Source of the DNA: Octopus sinensis
Taxonomy: Eukaryota
Reading direction: 5' to 3'
NCBI RefSeq assembly: GCF_006345805.1
Contig: NC_043000.1
Location: forward strand, 68,200,001 to 68,264,000
Length of the DNA: 64,000 bases
Part shown: positions 63,506 to 64,000 of the stretch, piece after piece
Position numbering within the stretch: position 1 is the first letter of the stretch
Layout: every line of letters begins with the position of its first letter
Made by a program: the position numbers and the translations under genes
Notes under the pieces: model-generated
Database searches by the model: none
Told to the model about the DNA's origin: nothing
Seen by the model: only the letters and a program-made list of their open reading frames with translations

Positions 63506-64000
63506 TGTATATGCACGTACATGCATATTCGTGCAGTATAGGGCGTTGGTCGGGTTGAATTATACACGATATGAATACGACCATGCTTATTTCTTTTATT
63601 TTGCTTTCCCAAGCTGCTGACAATTTTCATTTGGTCTGGGAATGTTCATTTACTCAGAATTATTTGTACCCAAGTGATTCAGAAAACTCTTCATGCTGCA
63701 CATTATCAAAATGTGCAAAAGAATTTAGAGAAGTAAAAAATAAACAAATATAGAAGTTAAAATAATAGTTTACTCTTAATTTTTAAAAATTTTCTACACG
63801 CATACACACACACACATTTATACATGCATGCATACATACATACATACATACATACATACATACATACATACATACATACATACATACATACATACATACA
63901 TACATACCCGTCTGGAACAAGGTATGTCTGGACTTGGGATTTTGGGGTGAGAATGCAAATTCTTAACTGATATATTACAAATGATCACAATATCCGGGAC

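Overview
AT-rich, microsatellite-dense eukaryotic (animal) DNA. The SINE families and repeat style suggest an octopus/cephalopod genome (inference, no database search run). There are no prokaryotic features, CRISPR arrays, rRNA or intact tRNA genes. One clear protein gene: a STEAP-family NADPH/FAD/heme metalloreductase on the minus strand (38286-39677), with its whole CDS in one exon behind a 5'-UTR intron. Several small, phase-compatible plus-strand exons (22699-22921, 24945-25016, probably 32499-32567, possibly a first exon at 3766-3783) suggest a second gene encoding a type II membrane protein. Most of the rest is nested transposon debris: Tc1/mariner (DD41D-like, maT-like, two mariner families), CR1-group, Tx1/L1 and R4/Dong LINE pieces, Penelope-like RT/GIY-YIG, Helitrons, hAT MITEs, LTR remnants with tRNA-Trp primer-binding sites, and three tRNA-derived SINE families. 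The most notable signals are (i) four minimal type-I hammerhead ribozyme motifs, two with intact cores and two embedded in long inverted repeats, and (ii) a STEAP that keeps both heme histidines but appears to have lost the tyrosines implicated in metal binding in vertebrate STEAPs. Most short ORFs in the track are microsatellite or antisense artefacts.
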